Part shown: piece after piece, positions 12,970 to 25,932 of the stretch
Position numbering within the stretch: position 1 is the stretch's first letter
Layout of the letters: every line of letters starts with the position of its first letter
Assembly: GCA_964016885.1 (NCBI GenBank)
Contig: OZ024741.1
Coordinates: 384,152,001-384,216,000 of the forward strand
DNA: 64,000 bases
Origin: Eledone cirrhosa
Lineage: Eukaryota
Reading direction: 5' to 3'
Made by a program: the position numbers and the translations under genes
The notes under the pieces: generated by a model
What the model saw: only the letters and a program-made list of their open reading frames with translations
Database searches by the model: none
What the model was told of the DNA's origin: nothing

Positions 12970-13571
12970 ATCTAGATGAATACTGAAAATAGCACCACTA
13001 GACACTGCACACATAATACATACAGACATCGAGTACATTTAATAGAAAACCAAACTAGAAAAAATCTGCACATACACATCCTATGGAGCTACACTCGATA
13101 GTGCAGTGAAAGCACGGAATAGAAATATGAAACTGAAAAATAATAAACATCACTACATATAAACATGTTAAAAATTACTAGCAGAAAAACCACCCTTGGT
13201 TTTCTGCTAGCATGTGCAGTGTGTATATTGATATTATATGCAGATATATATACATGTAGATACGATACATCAAATAAAATCGTAATTGACAATGTATAAT
13301 ACATAGAAATTGAACGAAGACTGTGTTACACTCTCTTATTTAATCAGTAACGTAATCCGTGATACATTAAAAAAGACGATATCATATATAAACTGCATTA
13401 GGAGAAAAGTAGTGACAGAAAATTAGTGTTTATTTACGCGATGGCCAACCGGAAGTGTTGAGATTTCAGAAATGTTAAAGAAGTGAATCTTTAAATAAAC
13501 AAAATATATTTAATCAACAGCCACGAAATTTAGTAGATAAATTATGTAATATTCATTCATTATTTATTCAA

Positions 13572-13972
13572 AGGGCGTGGATTGGCAGTATCGGTAGAGG
13601 GTCGGACGCCATGCTTTGCAGCAACGAGTTACGGCCCTTTATAGTCTGAGTTCAAATCCCGCCGAGGTTAACTTTGCCTTTCATCCTTACGAGGTCGATA
13701 AAATAAAGTACCAGTAATACACTGGTAATTTTGCTGGCCTTGTGCCAAAAGTAGAAACAATTATTTATTCAAAGGGCGGTGGATTGGCAGTATTGGTAGA
13801 GGGTCGGACGCCATGCTTTGAAGCATAGAGTTACGTCCCTTTACGATCTGTGTTCAAATCCCGCCGAGGTTGACTTTGCTTTTCATCCTTACGGGGTCGA
13901 TGAAATAAAGTACCAGTAATGTACTGGGTAATTGCTGGCCTTGTGCCTAAAGTAGAAACAATTATTTATTCA
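13572..13972 (+). mobile_element. Tandem dimer of SINE family 1
   Basis: Two full copies start at about 13572 and 13773. The sequence attatttattcaaag lies before, between and after them. Confidence 0.9.
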
Positions 13973-14169
13973 AAGTAATCCAACTTATTTTACTAATGGG
14001 ATAAAAAGTGATAAAGCGTACGCAGTCCCGCAGCCCTTCCTGTGTTATACTTTAGATCGGGGAAGAAGAACTCTATAAACAAAGGTATTCTATTCGGAAA
14101 TATGATTCCAAAACCAAGTCAAGATTCATAAAATAAATTCCATTCAAGTAACAACACGTGACTATGTAT

Positions 14170-14682
14170 AATAATGACGATAAGAGCGGTGGTGGAGATG
14201 GCGATGACGATGTTGACCATCATCACCATCGTGCTCGTTATGGTGGCAATGGTGATGATGATGATAATGATGATGAGGAGGAAGCGAGGGAGGGAGAAGC
14301 TGGGCGACGATGATTAAGATGATGGTGACGATGTTGATGATGATGATGATGGTGATGATGATAATGATGATAATGGCGGTGAGGAGGAAGTGAGAGAGGG
14401 GGAAGCTGGGTGACGATGATTATGATGATGATGTTAATGATAATAATAATGTTTCTACTTTTGGCACAAGGCCAGCAATTACCCAGTACATTACTGGTAC
14501 TTTATTTTATCGACCCCGTGAGGATGAAAGGCAAAGTTAACCTCGGCGGGATTTGAACTCAGACCGTAAAGGGCCGTAACTCTGTGCTGCAAAACATGGC
14601 GTCAATACAATAATAATAATGATAATGATAATAACAATGATGACGATAGTGATGGTGAAGGTAATGATGATAATGATGATAA

Positions 14683-14713
<31 letters not shown>

Positions 14714-14930
14714 GATGATGATCATGGCGATGATGATGATGAAAACGTTGATAATGACGATGACCACGCCGACGATGATCATCATCATGACGATTATCAA
14801 GATGATTATTACGATGATGATGATGACTACGTTTTTGAAGATGATGATGACGATGATGACAATTATAATGATGATGATGTTAATGATGATTACTATCATC
14901 GCCGTTGTCACCAACAATAATATCAAGTGA
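14170..14930. repeat. (GAT)n-rich low-complexity tract
   Basis: Direct read. A SINE interrupts it. Confidence 0.9.
14450..14604 (-). mobile_element. SINE family 1, 5'-truncated
   Basis: gtttctacttttggcacaaggccagc...ggatttgaactcag. Confidence 0.85.
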
Positions 14931-15304
14931 TACATTAGAAAGCACTTCTTAATGTATTCTCAGCATGTACTACCAGATTGTTTTCCTTTTCGTTTTTCTA
15001 TTTGCACGAGTTCTAAATTACGGTATTTCCCATTATAAAACACACCTTACCGCACCAAACGTCAACAACTATTATCTATATCGCATGTTGATTTATTTCT
15101 CTTTTTTCTAAAATATAATTTTCAATTGTTCTTTCGACGTGTAAATCTTATATAATTTTTCAGCCGGAATATATTTATATTTCAAAATGTCAAATATAAT
15201 GAATCTCTTTTTCTAAGTGGGATTTTGATTCTGATCTTACAAATAAAACACACAAAAATAAATCTGATTCACAATATACAATATATTTGAAATATTACAT
15301 ATTT

Positions 15305-15402
15305 ATTTATTCTTTTACTTGTTTCAGTCATTTGAATGCAGTCAGGCTAGGGCACCGCCTTGGTTGAGTCGGTTATAGGGCATACGCACTGACACAGAGG
15401 TA

Positions 15403-15472
<70 letters not shown>

Positions 15473-15635
15473 CAAGTATGCATACTTGCGTGTGTGGCAG
15501 TGGAGTGCGACGGGCTTCTGTACAATTTCCGTCTAGAAAAGTCCACACGTAAGGTATAGGTCAACCCGTGGCTCTAATAGATGGTAACTACCCAAGGCGG
15601 TGCCGAGCGCGATCGAATTTGGAACCAGTTCGACA
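15305..15635 (-). mobile_element. Diverged SINE-like repeat with internal (CA)n
   Basis: cttttacttgtttcagtcatt...ggcaccgcctt and gggcttct..tttccgtcta..aagtccac..cccaagg. From memory it resembles a common octopus SINE. Confidence 0.55.
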
Positions 15636-17107
15636 TTTAAATGCAAATTACTGTTTTTAGTGTTTTTAATTAGACTTAAATTACTACTTTTGTGAAATAT
15701 TTGAGAATTGAAACCGTTTGTCAAATTTTGCTGGTCAAGAAATCGTATTTATATGAGGCAGCACTTTTTTAGGAGGATCTTCTTTTCCGAATTTCATGAT
15801 TTTATTTCCATATTTTGAATTCAAACGTAAAATAAAAAGTAAAATAAAATGATTTTGTTTTGTGCTCTTTTTTCTGGTGGTTTTGCAGTTATTTTCTCGG
15901 TCAAATCTAATTGGTCCATTCAATAACGACAGAGAAGAAACTTTTCTTTAAAAATGTGTTGAAATCATTGATGGAACAAATAGCTAACGGTTAGTTACAT
16001 GCTGAAATGATTAAAGAACGATCAACATTAAAAATGATTACAAGATAATAAATGTCATAGAATTAAAAGAAAATCTTGAAGAATAAAAATAGATGAAAAT
16101 TTACGGAAATGAAAATTTCACCAGAATTTCATCCATTCATAGTCATTTTGGTCCTGCGTGCAGAATTTTATTTGACACACGGCACTAGTATAAGGTAGAA
16201 ATTTCCACAAGTAAGAATGTAGTCCAATTATACTAACATATAGAAAATATAATGCATAGCTGGCTATGTCATTAAGTCTCTTCTCTGGTTGAAAGTAGTT
16301 TCTGAATTTTATTTAAACTTTATATAAATCCATTCTAATAAATCATCCATTCATAGCCATTTTGGTCCTCTGTATACTTGACATATACTAACACAACACT
16401 ATTATCTTTTCTTCTTCACCCAATTCCAAATTATCAGGTTATATCCACAGAGTATACAAACCGAGTTGGTGGATATTATCCAACCATTTTGAAGTGGTCT
16501 ACACCTGGGTCTCCTGTTGGCTGGTTTTGCCCGGAAAATCTGCCCAGCGATTCCTTCCATAGATATTCTAGCCACATATTCGTATTGAGGGATCTGTGAT
16601 CTCTCGATTTAAAGAAGTAGCGGTTCTACCCAGAGCAAATTCCTGGTCTCTGAGCTACGCACCCTATCGTGTAACGTTACTCCAAAGACCCTTCGGGAGG
16701 TACCTCATTTCCACCGCTTGTGTTCACAGTTACATCGTTTCGGTCATCACCTTTAAGCAAGGATAGGCATGAACACCGGTTTTGAAGATTGCTAGTTTGA
16801 CTTTTAGACCTACCTCTCTTATTCTGACGACCGAGTGTTGAATGTGATGACGTGGAAATTTACACAAACAATCATCAAAAATATAATTTGTTCTACTTTT
16901 GGCACGAGGCCAGCAATTACCCAGTACATTATTGGTACTTTATTGTACTTGGTTACGTCGTTATATCTCTTCTCTGATTGAAGTAATTTTTGTTCAAACT
17001 CAACTTTTTTCCATTCACTTCTCTCAAAATTGGTTCAAATGAAACTCCTATCATCAGAGCCTCGTAAAATGTCTCCTCCTTGGTTTTGGATCTACTTAAA
17101 AGCTAAT

Positions 17108-17309
<202 letters not shown>

Positions 17310-17329
17310 AAGGTACTCAACACATAGCA

Positions 17330-17378
17330 GCTTCTTGATGATTTCTCCCGAATGAAACAGTTCTCGTCCTGTAGAAGC
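17330..17378 (+). ncRNA. Type I hammerhead, C3U-mutated copy
   Basis: gcttc-TTGATGA-tttctcccgaat-GAAA-cag/ttctcgtc/ctg-TA-gaagc. Confidence 0.65.
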
Positions 17379-17393
17379 CATTTCTCTATTAAA

Positions 17394-17452
<59 letters not shown>

Positions 17453-17494
17453 AGATATATATATATATACATACATATATTTAATATAGAAATG

Positions 17495-17543
17495 GCTTCT
17501 ACAGCACTACAACTGTTTTATTCTGGAGAAATCATCAGGAAGT
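17495..17543 (-). ncRNA. Type I hammerhead, G12A-mutated copy, inverted partner of 17330-17378
   Basis: Reverse complement: acttc-CTGATGA-tttctccagaat-AAAA-cag/ttgtagtg/ctg-TA-gaagc. Confidence 0.65.
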
Positions 17544-17602
17544 TGCTATGTGTTGAGTACCTTACTTACTGTGGCTACCACCGATTGAACCCGGGATAAA
17601 CT

Positions 17603-17642
<40 letters not shown>

Positions 17643-17706
17643 AGAGAGAGATGGAGCGATGTGTGGCTATGCTGTCGTGTAATATATATATATATGTATG
17701 TGTGTG

Positions 17707-17738
<32 letters not shown>

Positions 17739-17740
17739 GT

Positions 17741-17850
<110 letters not shown>

Positions 17851-17924
17851 GTGTGTGTGTATGAGAGTTGTAGTTTGCTTGAAGCATTGTGCGTTACGTA
17901 TAAGAAGGTATGTAATCCTCAAGC

Positions 17925-19960
17925 CTTTAGTGTCAACCGGCATGTCAGCAGTTCTGTTGACGTCATTAAAAGACTCCATCAACTCCAACCCACCCAACTC
18001 AGACTAAATAGATACACATTTAGCTTTGACGTTGTCTCCCTCAACGCCACAATCCTCGCACACCCAGCAGTCAACCTAGTAGTTGACTGCTTAATTTCTT
18101 CCGACATATATTGCTTTGGCCTATAGATATCTACCAACTACTAACAGTTACAGCCGAGGATGCCTATTTCCCTTTCCACCAACATACATACAGGTAGAAG
18201 ACAGACCTGCCCATGGGATCCAGCCTCTCGGGCCTCCTCGCCATCACATACGTGAAACAGCTAGAATGTCGAGCGCTCAACAGCTGCCGCTCCTGTGCCT
18301 TCTATACTCGATATGTGTATGATATACTCATCCGCACATCATCCCGTGAGGAAGCCAACAGAATATACACCACATTTGGATGACAACATAAGGTTCAGCA
18401 TTGAACACCTGGATAGCACTGGATTCTTATCTCTGTTCGACTTTTAGCTTTAAATAACAGAAGCTGGCATACACACAAGCTTTTACAGGAAAGCCGCCAG
18501 CAAGGACCTATTAGTGCACCATACCTCTACACTCCCTCTTGGTACTAAAACCGGGTACATAAAGAACGAGCTCACACGTATCCGGAATAAATGCAGCAAG
18601 GCGGAAGACCGAGACACCACACACTTCATGGAAGTGCTGAAGGAAGAACGGCTACCTGGCTTCCTTGAACCATCTTGGGAACATGAAAACCCACAAACAC
18701 AAGATGACGTCCACGAGCACCTGCTTCCTGAAGCTACCATACTTCAGCGAAGGTATAACCACCGCGATTCGCAGAGCCATCTTTAGAGAAGGGCAATATA
18801 TACAAACCACTACATATCCACAGCAAGGAACACTTAGACACACACGCTTCAACCTTCAAGAAACCCATGGACAGATGCAGAAACAACAACAAAAACATAA
18901 CAGTTACGATTGAGGCTAGAGATCGAAATGTAGGAAATTTTAGAATTAAGGAAGCGATTATCATTAACAAATTCACACATACATCAACAGCAGATCAGAA
19001 CTTAACCCACAATTCCTAACTAAGTTAAGCAACCCCACACACCACCGACTAATTAGACCTCACCACACAACACATAAACAATACACTAAACATACAACAC
19101 ATTTAACATGTAAACGCTCTATATAGTAATGACAGGCTACAGTCAGACACAATGTACAGATGAAATAACAATACCCATTGTACAATAATAACACATTTAT
19201 GTATGCTTGGTACAGTGCCTATCAGAACTTATATCAACACACAACACAGACAAAACACTAAGCACGCAACACATTAAAACATGAAAACGCACAGCACACC
19301 AACGACAGGCCGCACCCCGGAACAAGACACCCGTTTGCCTCTCGGCACTTAACGCACAACACCGCCTCCGGCTGATAACAGTGTATGACATATACATATG
19401 TCTGCATGTGTGCAAGTGTCCGCATGCATAGTCATTGACTCGTATAGAGATGCGTTTGTGTGTGCATGTATGTATGCTAGAGCTATAACACACCCAAAAT
19501 ACCCTTGCATAACAACGCAATACCCATCATATGATTATACCTGCATTCTTTATGCCAAACATATATTAAACGATAATAATAAATAAATAAACATATAAAA
19601 TAAAGTAAATAAACTAATAAATACAATATTAAATTCAAAAAGGAAAAACGCATTCCCACGCATGCACACACAAAGACGTAAACACTTATCACATTTCACT
19701 TATCACACTACAACGATTTCCGGCTAGTAATGGCATAAACAGAAAGAAAAGATGGCACATAGAAGCTGAAACGTTTTCTTGATTTTGCAAGATTTTAAAC
19801 TTCTGATGAGAAGATTTGATCTCGAAAATTAAAGTCATATTTGAATAAAGACCAGATAACACAGTGCAGCTTTGTTGCTTTTTTTAAAACTTAAATCGTA
19901 CCACACCTTTCGATTGTGTATCCCTCTCCTGTCGCTCACTAGAACTCTTGAGAATATAAA
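17925..19960 (+). mobile_element. Decayed PLE, same family as 1-2200, with HHR-containing pLTR
   Basis: Remnants include FSFDVVSL, GLPMGSSLSG-like, KTGYIKNELTRI, CFLKLPYFSEG and RIKEAIII. The pLTR lies near 19790-19900. Confidence 0.8.
19799..19835 (+). ncRNA. Minimal type I hammerhead with canonical core
   Basis: actt-CTGATGA-ga(a)gat/ttg/atctc-GAAA-at-TA-aagt, with a palindromic AATT stem III. Confidence 0.75.
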
Positions 19961-20039
19961 GTATTCTCTAAAGTATACATCGGCTGATTAACCTAATTTT
20001 CATACCGAGCATTTTTACGGTTGGCTTTGCCGAAAATTA

Positions 20040-20206
20040 CCGTATTTCCCGGCGCTGAAGACGCTTCGTCCTCGAGGACACACCCTAATTTCGACAACCA
20101 AAAATTTGAAAAAAATAATAAGCAACCTTCGGCCTCCAGGACGCATGGTTGACTTTTTATATTTATTTTAGGAAAAAAGTAGCGTCTTCGACGCCTGGAA
20201 CTACGG
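20040..20206. mobile_element. Tc1/mariner-pogo/Tigger-type MITE
   Basis: ~26-bp TIRs ccgtatttcccggcgctgaagacgct / agcgtcttcgacgcctggaactacgg, flanked by TA on both sides. Confidence 0.85.
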
Positions 20207-20281
20207 TAGATAAACAAAATAAGAATTTGGTTTTTCGCTCTGACATAACAGATACGTAAATGTATTCGTGAGTTTTATATC

Positions 20282-20338
<57 letters not shown>

Positions 20339-20376
20339 TTTCTTTATTAACCACAAGGGTTTACATAAAGTAGACA

Positions 20377-23300
20377 TTAAGGACAGTGCAGGATAATACA
20401 GGACGGTACAAATGGGCATTTCTGCGTGTAAAAAACAAAAACAGAGGATGTAACAAAAAAATAACAATGAAATATTCCCCAATAGGGGGGAGACTTCGGA
20501 GGGACATTTGTGAAGAAAGCCCAGTAAAAGGCCACAGTGACCCTGACCACCAAGGCAAGGACGGTTTCGTCGCCCTGCGCGCATCTCGAACATGCCCGGC
20601 TGACGGCACCTCCATGCCTGTAGAGTTTATCCCGAACTGGCAAGGCTCCTCGGTAGCACTGCCAGGCCAGAGATTTCTGGAAGTTGTCCATAGGCCCTGG
20701 CCCGAAAGTTCTTCCGAAAAGATTGGCTAGTTGATTTTCGTCGACGCCTAGAGTTTCCCCAAGTACGTCGTCGCTCTTCCCCTCGACTAATCCTCTATAG
20801 AACGCCGAGGTGGAGTTTCCACCGATCACATTGCCCGATTGGTCGAGGGCTGTGAGCGCCTGAAGACATTCCAGTCTCCAGGCGCTCCCTCTCGGTCTTC
20901 GCTTGACCCAGGACTGCAGCTCCGTCAAGGAAACGAGCTGGGGAAATACGTGTCTAGCAAACGGCGACCACACCTGATCACCGTCGAGGAAGAGTTGCAG
21001 ATGTCGTAGCCTGAGCGCGTGCCTGCGCATCATCCTCCACGGCATGCCCAGCCTTCTACGTAGCGGGTGTTGACAACAGATGGACCGCCTGACCATCGAA
21101 GCGCGTCCCTTCCACAAAAAGCGAAATAACAAACGCTCCAGCGCAGTCAGGCAAGGCTTAGAACAAGGTACGACGGTCAGGCGGTAGCAGATGACAGACG
21201 CGATGTACGCGTTAGCCACCTCCGCTCGACCTTTCAGGGATAGCTTCCTTTCCGCCCATTTCTGGGTGAGAGAAGCCACCCTGCTCGTCACCTCGTCCCA
21301 GTTTTTGTCCGTCTGGAGGTCCGGACCGAACCAGACCCCTAGCAATTTAACCGGTCCGTCCGTCCAGCGTCCGACGACGCTGTTGGACGGCATGGACCTG
21401 CCTCTCTAGGTGCCGAGCTGCAGGCCCACTGACTTTTCCTGGTTGATCATTGCTCCTGTCACCGCTTCGTATTCTTTTAGTGTAGTGCCGATCGCCTCGA
21501 TGTGTTTGGCGTTCGACACCACTACGGTGACATCGTCCGCATATGCTGACACGGATCTTCCGCATCCTAGTTCGCGCGGGACGCCCCTCAACGTCTCCAG
21601 TTTGTGCAGTAATGGCTTGAGAGTCAATACGTACAAGAGGGACGAGAGGGCACATCCTTGGCGGACCGAGCGCATGATGTTGAACGGTTCCGAAAGGTGA
21701 CCGTTCACTCTCACCACAGAGCAGATGTCGCTGTACATGGCAGCGATCCAGCCTCTGAAGACGGGCCCAAAGCCAGCCGCCCTCAGGACTGCCGCTAGGT
21801 AACGATGGTCGACCCTATCGAAAGCTTTCGACTGATCTAAATTGATCAAGGACCCACCTGTGCCAGGTTCCCTAGCTACCCTCTCTACGATGTATCGCAT
21901 GAGGTGGAGGTTGTCGTGGATGGATCTGTCGGGAATGGCGCATGTCTGCGCGTCTCCCACCAGACCACCAACGACAAGCGCCAACCTCTTTGCTAGCACC
22001 TTGGCCAAAATCTTGAACTCTGTGTTTAGCAGAGTTATGGGCCTGAAATTATCTATGTTATCCCCCTTGTTCGGATCCATTCTCAGCAGTGCCACCGCTC
22101 CTCGGCTCACAGAACTGGGAATTTTCCCGTTCTGTTGCCAGTTGCAGTAGACGTCCGCCAAGAGGCCTCCGAACAAGTCTGGCATCTGTACGTAAAGTTC
22201 ATAGGGCAGACCATCCAAACCAGGCGATTTACCCCTTGTGCAGCCAGTCATTGCCTCCCTTACTTCAGCGGCTGTTATCGGCTTTTCGCAACACTCCGCC
22301 TCAGTGGCCGCGAGCCGCGGCAGTCCGTCGAAGTAGACACTAAAGTCCATCCCTCGACCCGGCCTCCGCTGCCCCCGAACAGCTGAGTGAAGTGTCGTTG
22401 AAAATCTTCACTCATTTGCCCGGGATCCAGTAGCATGCGCCCGTCGTGGTCCACCAAAGACCGGATCGTGGCTTTGTTGCCACGACGCGCCTCCGCCACT
22501 CGGGCCCATTGAACGGCTTTCGTCCCCTCGTGTCTGAAAGCACGCACCTAGCTCTGACAACGCAGCCTTCGTGCTTGCATTGAAGAATTGGTCAAGGGCC
22601 AATTTCGCCGCAAGCACGTCGGTCGCAATGCCTTTGCTAAGCGCCTCGTCTAATTTTCTAACTAGTTCTCCCTCTGCTCTATTTTTCTCTATTGCTAAAG
22701 CCTTACTAAACCTAATGGATTCTATTCTAATCGCTCTTTTCAGAGCAAACCACCACTTGTTGTTGACGATGGCCCCCGTCAACGCCCGCTTAACTAGTTC
22801 GCTAATCCGGTCTCTGTAGGCCTTGCGCGCTGGTAAGGACGCGTTTAGCTTCCAGTAGCCGGGTCCTTGTCTATGAAGCCTATCTAAGTCAAGCACACAG
22901 ATCACGAATTTGTGGTCCGTGTAGCTGACTATCTTGAATTGTGGACAGCCTATGCTAGACCTATCTATTTCCCTACAAAATACTCTATCTAGATATGATC
23001 TGGATGACCCTATGCGATTTGTCCAAGTTCACATTGGCACATTCGGGAAATCCAATCGGTACCTGTCAGACAGTTCAAAACGCCTGAGCAGGTTGGTGAG
23101 ACTCTTGCACCCTCCACCCCTATCCGCTAATCCCACACAGTCCCAGCGTGCATCTAAGATCCCGTTCCAGTCGCCCACTAACACTAAAGAGCGGGACGTT
23201 CCAAGAAAGGTCTCCCGACGCCGGAAGAAATCAGCGCCACCAACTTACCCTCTGGGTCCAGGAAGATGGCCCGTATGGCGAGATCCAAACCTCTCCGAAA

Positions 23301-23519
23301 AAGCACAGCAACTCCTCCCCCCGATCCAGGACGGCTGGGAGATGCGTACACATCGTAGCCGCCGAAGATCGGTGCTAAGGTCCGTGCTTCGGAGATTCTG
23401 GTCTCGCTGATGGCCACTACATCTATGTTTAGTGACCTGAGGTCGTTGAGCAGGTGACCCTGCTTCCATGACGACCCCAAGCCACGCGCATTTAAGCTGC
23501 CTCTTCTGAGTGAGGTCAT
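20377..23519 (-). pseudogene. L1/Tx1 ORF2 (APE-RT) with several frameshifts, a stop and a C-terminal deletion
   Basis: ORFs 23184..23519, 22408..22905, 22275..22547, 21406..22350 and 20377..21393 align piecewise with the intact ORF2 at 44826..48272. Confidence 0.93.
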
Positions 23520-23554
23520 GTTTAAAATAGAGTGGAAAAGATGTGAAAGACCAC

Positions 23555-25698
23555 TTACCGTACTTTTTGTAGTGGAGGGATGGTTTTTCCATCCCTTTTC
23601 ACTTGATCGTCTGGTGAAGGGACCGTTGGATCGTCCCTTCGGCTGGTCGTCGGCTCTTCTATGAGAATGTCCGAATATACTCTTCGATTGAGAGTCCCTC
23701 CTGGGTCTCTGAAATCACCAACTGCGTTGGGGAATTTCGTTTTAATGTTTGTGTATTGTTTCTGTGCTATTTTTAGCAGTCTTATGTTAGTTGGCGTTTT
23801 GATTGGTGCTGGTATTATGTAGTCGTGCTGTGAAATGTCTGTGTGTTCAATTATGTAAGTCATTAGTTTCTTGTTGTGTCTATTTATTGCCGTGCATTTG
23901 TTTTTCTGGGGGTGGGGTGTGGTTCTGCTATTTTCTTGTCGTTGTTGCTGGGTGTGTGTGTTTTGTTGTTGTGTTTGCGATGTTGGTGCTTGTGATGGTG
24001 GTGTTGAAGGTGTTGTTGTTGTTGGCGGTGGGGTTGTCGCTGGTGGTGATGGTGTTGCTAGTGTGGGTGGTGTTGGTGGTGTTGCTGCTGTGAGTCTCTT
24101 TGCAGTAGCCTTTATCCTTTTTTCATTTCTTTTCTCCCTTTTCGAAGGCGACGATGCGCTGCTTCTGCGTTTGTGCCTTCTTACGACCTTTTGCCATCCC
24201 TCTCCCACCTCACACTCCATGTCTGATTCTGTGAGGTCGGGAGGGGTACCAGCTCCACTCTTTCACTTGTTGTTGTTGGTGATGTTTGCAGTGGAGTCTC
24301 TGTTGCAGCTGCATTTGATATTACTGTTGTTGCTGTTAATACTTCCACTGCTGCTGCTGTTCTTGATTTCCGTGGCGTGGGTATGGGTGCCACGGACCTA
24401 TCGTTCCTGGTTGCCGCTTGTCCTGTTGCTGGTAGCCGTGGAGCCGTTTTCGGAAGGAGGGGGGTTTTCTCCTTTCTCAGGGTCTTCTCGTTGCAGAAGG
24501 CCCTGAGGTGAGTCTTCGATCCACAGCGAAAGCATTTCGGGCGTTTGCCCTCAACATTTATGGGCAGTTGAGTGTCGTTATCGAAGTCTATCACATCTGG
24601 GATAGCTTCGATGCACTCCTGGTTGGTTTGGATTAACATCTCAATGGAGGTGCCGACCCAATCTTCTCTTACTTTTTTCTGTACTTGCAGTACAGTTGTT
24701 TTGTCCTCGATTCCGACGAGGACAGACCCGGCCAGCCAAGAAGGGGCCATCCCGGGGGGGACGTGGGTCAGTTTGACCCTCACAATTTTTTGCCCGCAGT
24801 AGGAGGGCACCAACACCATTTCCTCGCTCCTTAGGGTCACTAAGGATTGAGCCTTTGCCTCCTGGGGTGTGGCAAAAAGCACGTCTACGGTGGCATATTT
24901 CTTGCCTCGGGTGATGTGCGTTTTCCGCTGCCACACAGACCCTAAGGCTTTTTGTATTTGAGCCTCTGTGGCTCTTTCAACCCTACGGGATTTTGTGCTT
25001 ACTGTACGGTACGTGGCCGTACAGTGCTGTTGGGTTTCGAAAAAATTTTCGGCTGCCTTGCAGATTGCTCGGTGTCCGGTTTTCGTCACCATCTTCTTCG
25101 CTTCCTCTAATTCCTCATTTGTTATGAGGATGGTTTCCAGGTTCTTTGCGATACCTGCAAACGAGATTGGTTTTTCCTTGCTGCTGTTGTTGTTGTTGTT
25201 GTTGTTGTTGTCGTCAGAGCTGCTGTTACTTTTGTTGTTGCTGCAGGTACTACGACTACTGCCGCCGCCGCTGTTGCTGTGGTTGTTTGTGTTGTTGCTG
25301 CTGCTGCTGTTGTTGTTGCTGTTGCTGCTAATGCTGTTGTTATTTATGCTGCTGCTGAACCTGTTGCGGCTGCTACTGTTGTTTTCCTTGTCACTGTTGC
25401 TGCTGCTGCTGTTATTACGGCTGCTACTGCTATTATTCATGACGTCAGACGAATGAGATGGGTTTTCGTATTTCCCGCACACCAGTTTCGTCGTTGTCGT
25501 CGTCGTCGTGGAGAAATGTTGCACGCTTTCTACGTGATTTTTCTTTACTGGCGTCGCTTGCGAAAGAGAAGGGAAGCAGAGAGACACATTTAGAGAAGGG
25601 AGGGAGAGAGACAATCTTCTCTCTGCTGTAGTGACGATTGAGGAAGAAGAAGACGGAATGAGTGGGAGTGACCTATGAAAATTCTTTTTCGTAGCCAT
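23555..25698 (-). pseudogene. L1/Tx1 ORF1 (gag-like, CCHC zinc knuckle), frameshifted near 24250
   Basis: ORFs 24181..25698 and 23555..24220. It has an Asn/Ser-rich N-terminus and a Pro/Thr linker, and is homologous to ORF 48314..49870. Confidence 0.85.
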
Positions 25699-25932
25699 GT
25701 TTTTTTTTGTTTAAAATAAATATTGGGCACAAAACCCCAATAACCGGTTATTTAACCCCGAAGGGCCAAATAACGGGCAGAAAGACCTTTCTTACGAGGA
25801 GGAGGGTGTTTTTGTCTACAATTTGGTTAAAGTTTTAAACAATTTACAATTGTTATAGCGGTCAAAATGTACAATACCTTACAGAGCCGAGCCTCCGTCA
25901 ACCATAGCATTCAATAATAATAATAATAATAA

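Larger units (their letters stand above)
9960..13030 (+). pseudogene. Heavily decayed R4/Dong-like LINE relic interrupted by younger inserts
   Basis: Remnants resemble INHLLxM..LYA..KQLETLL..FGLQ.C (10450-10580), EQSLPxRNY (11270) and KIAxLxTAHI (12990). Confidence 0.5.
20338..25912 (-). mobile_element. Near full-length L1/Tx1-clade LINE, inactivated, inserted in (AAT)n
   Basis: ORF1 has the knuckle CFRCGSKTHLRAFC. ORF2 fragments include APE (SLNARGL, SETR, GDWNG, SYTDHK, GPGYWKLN) and RT (KSPGLDGLP, LDQSKAFDRV, RQGC, YADD). The 3' end is cttgtggttaataaagaaat. (AAT)n lies at both ends. Confidence 0.95.

Noticed and set aside
21191-25593. Plus-strand ORFs overlapping the LINEs (also 44737-50253)
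   Set aside because: They are antisense shadows of ORF1 and ORF2 with no motifs.
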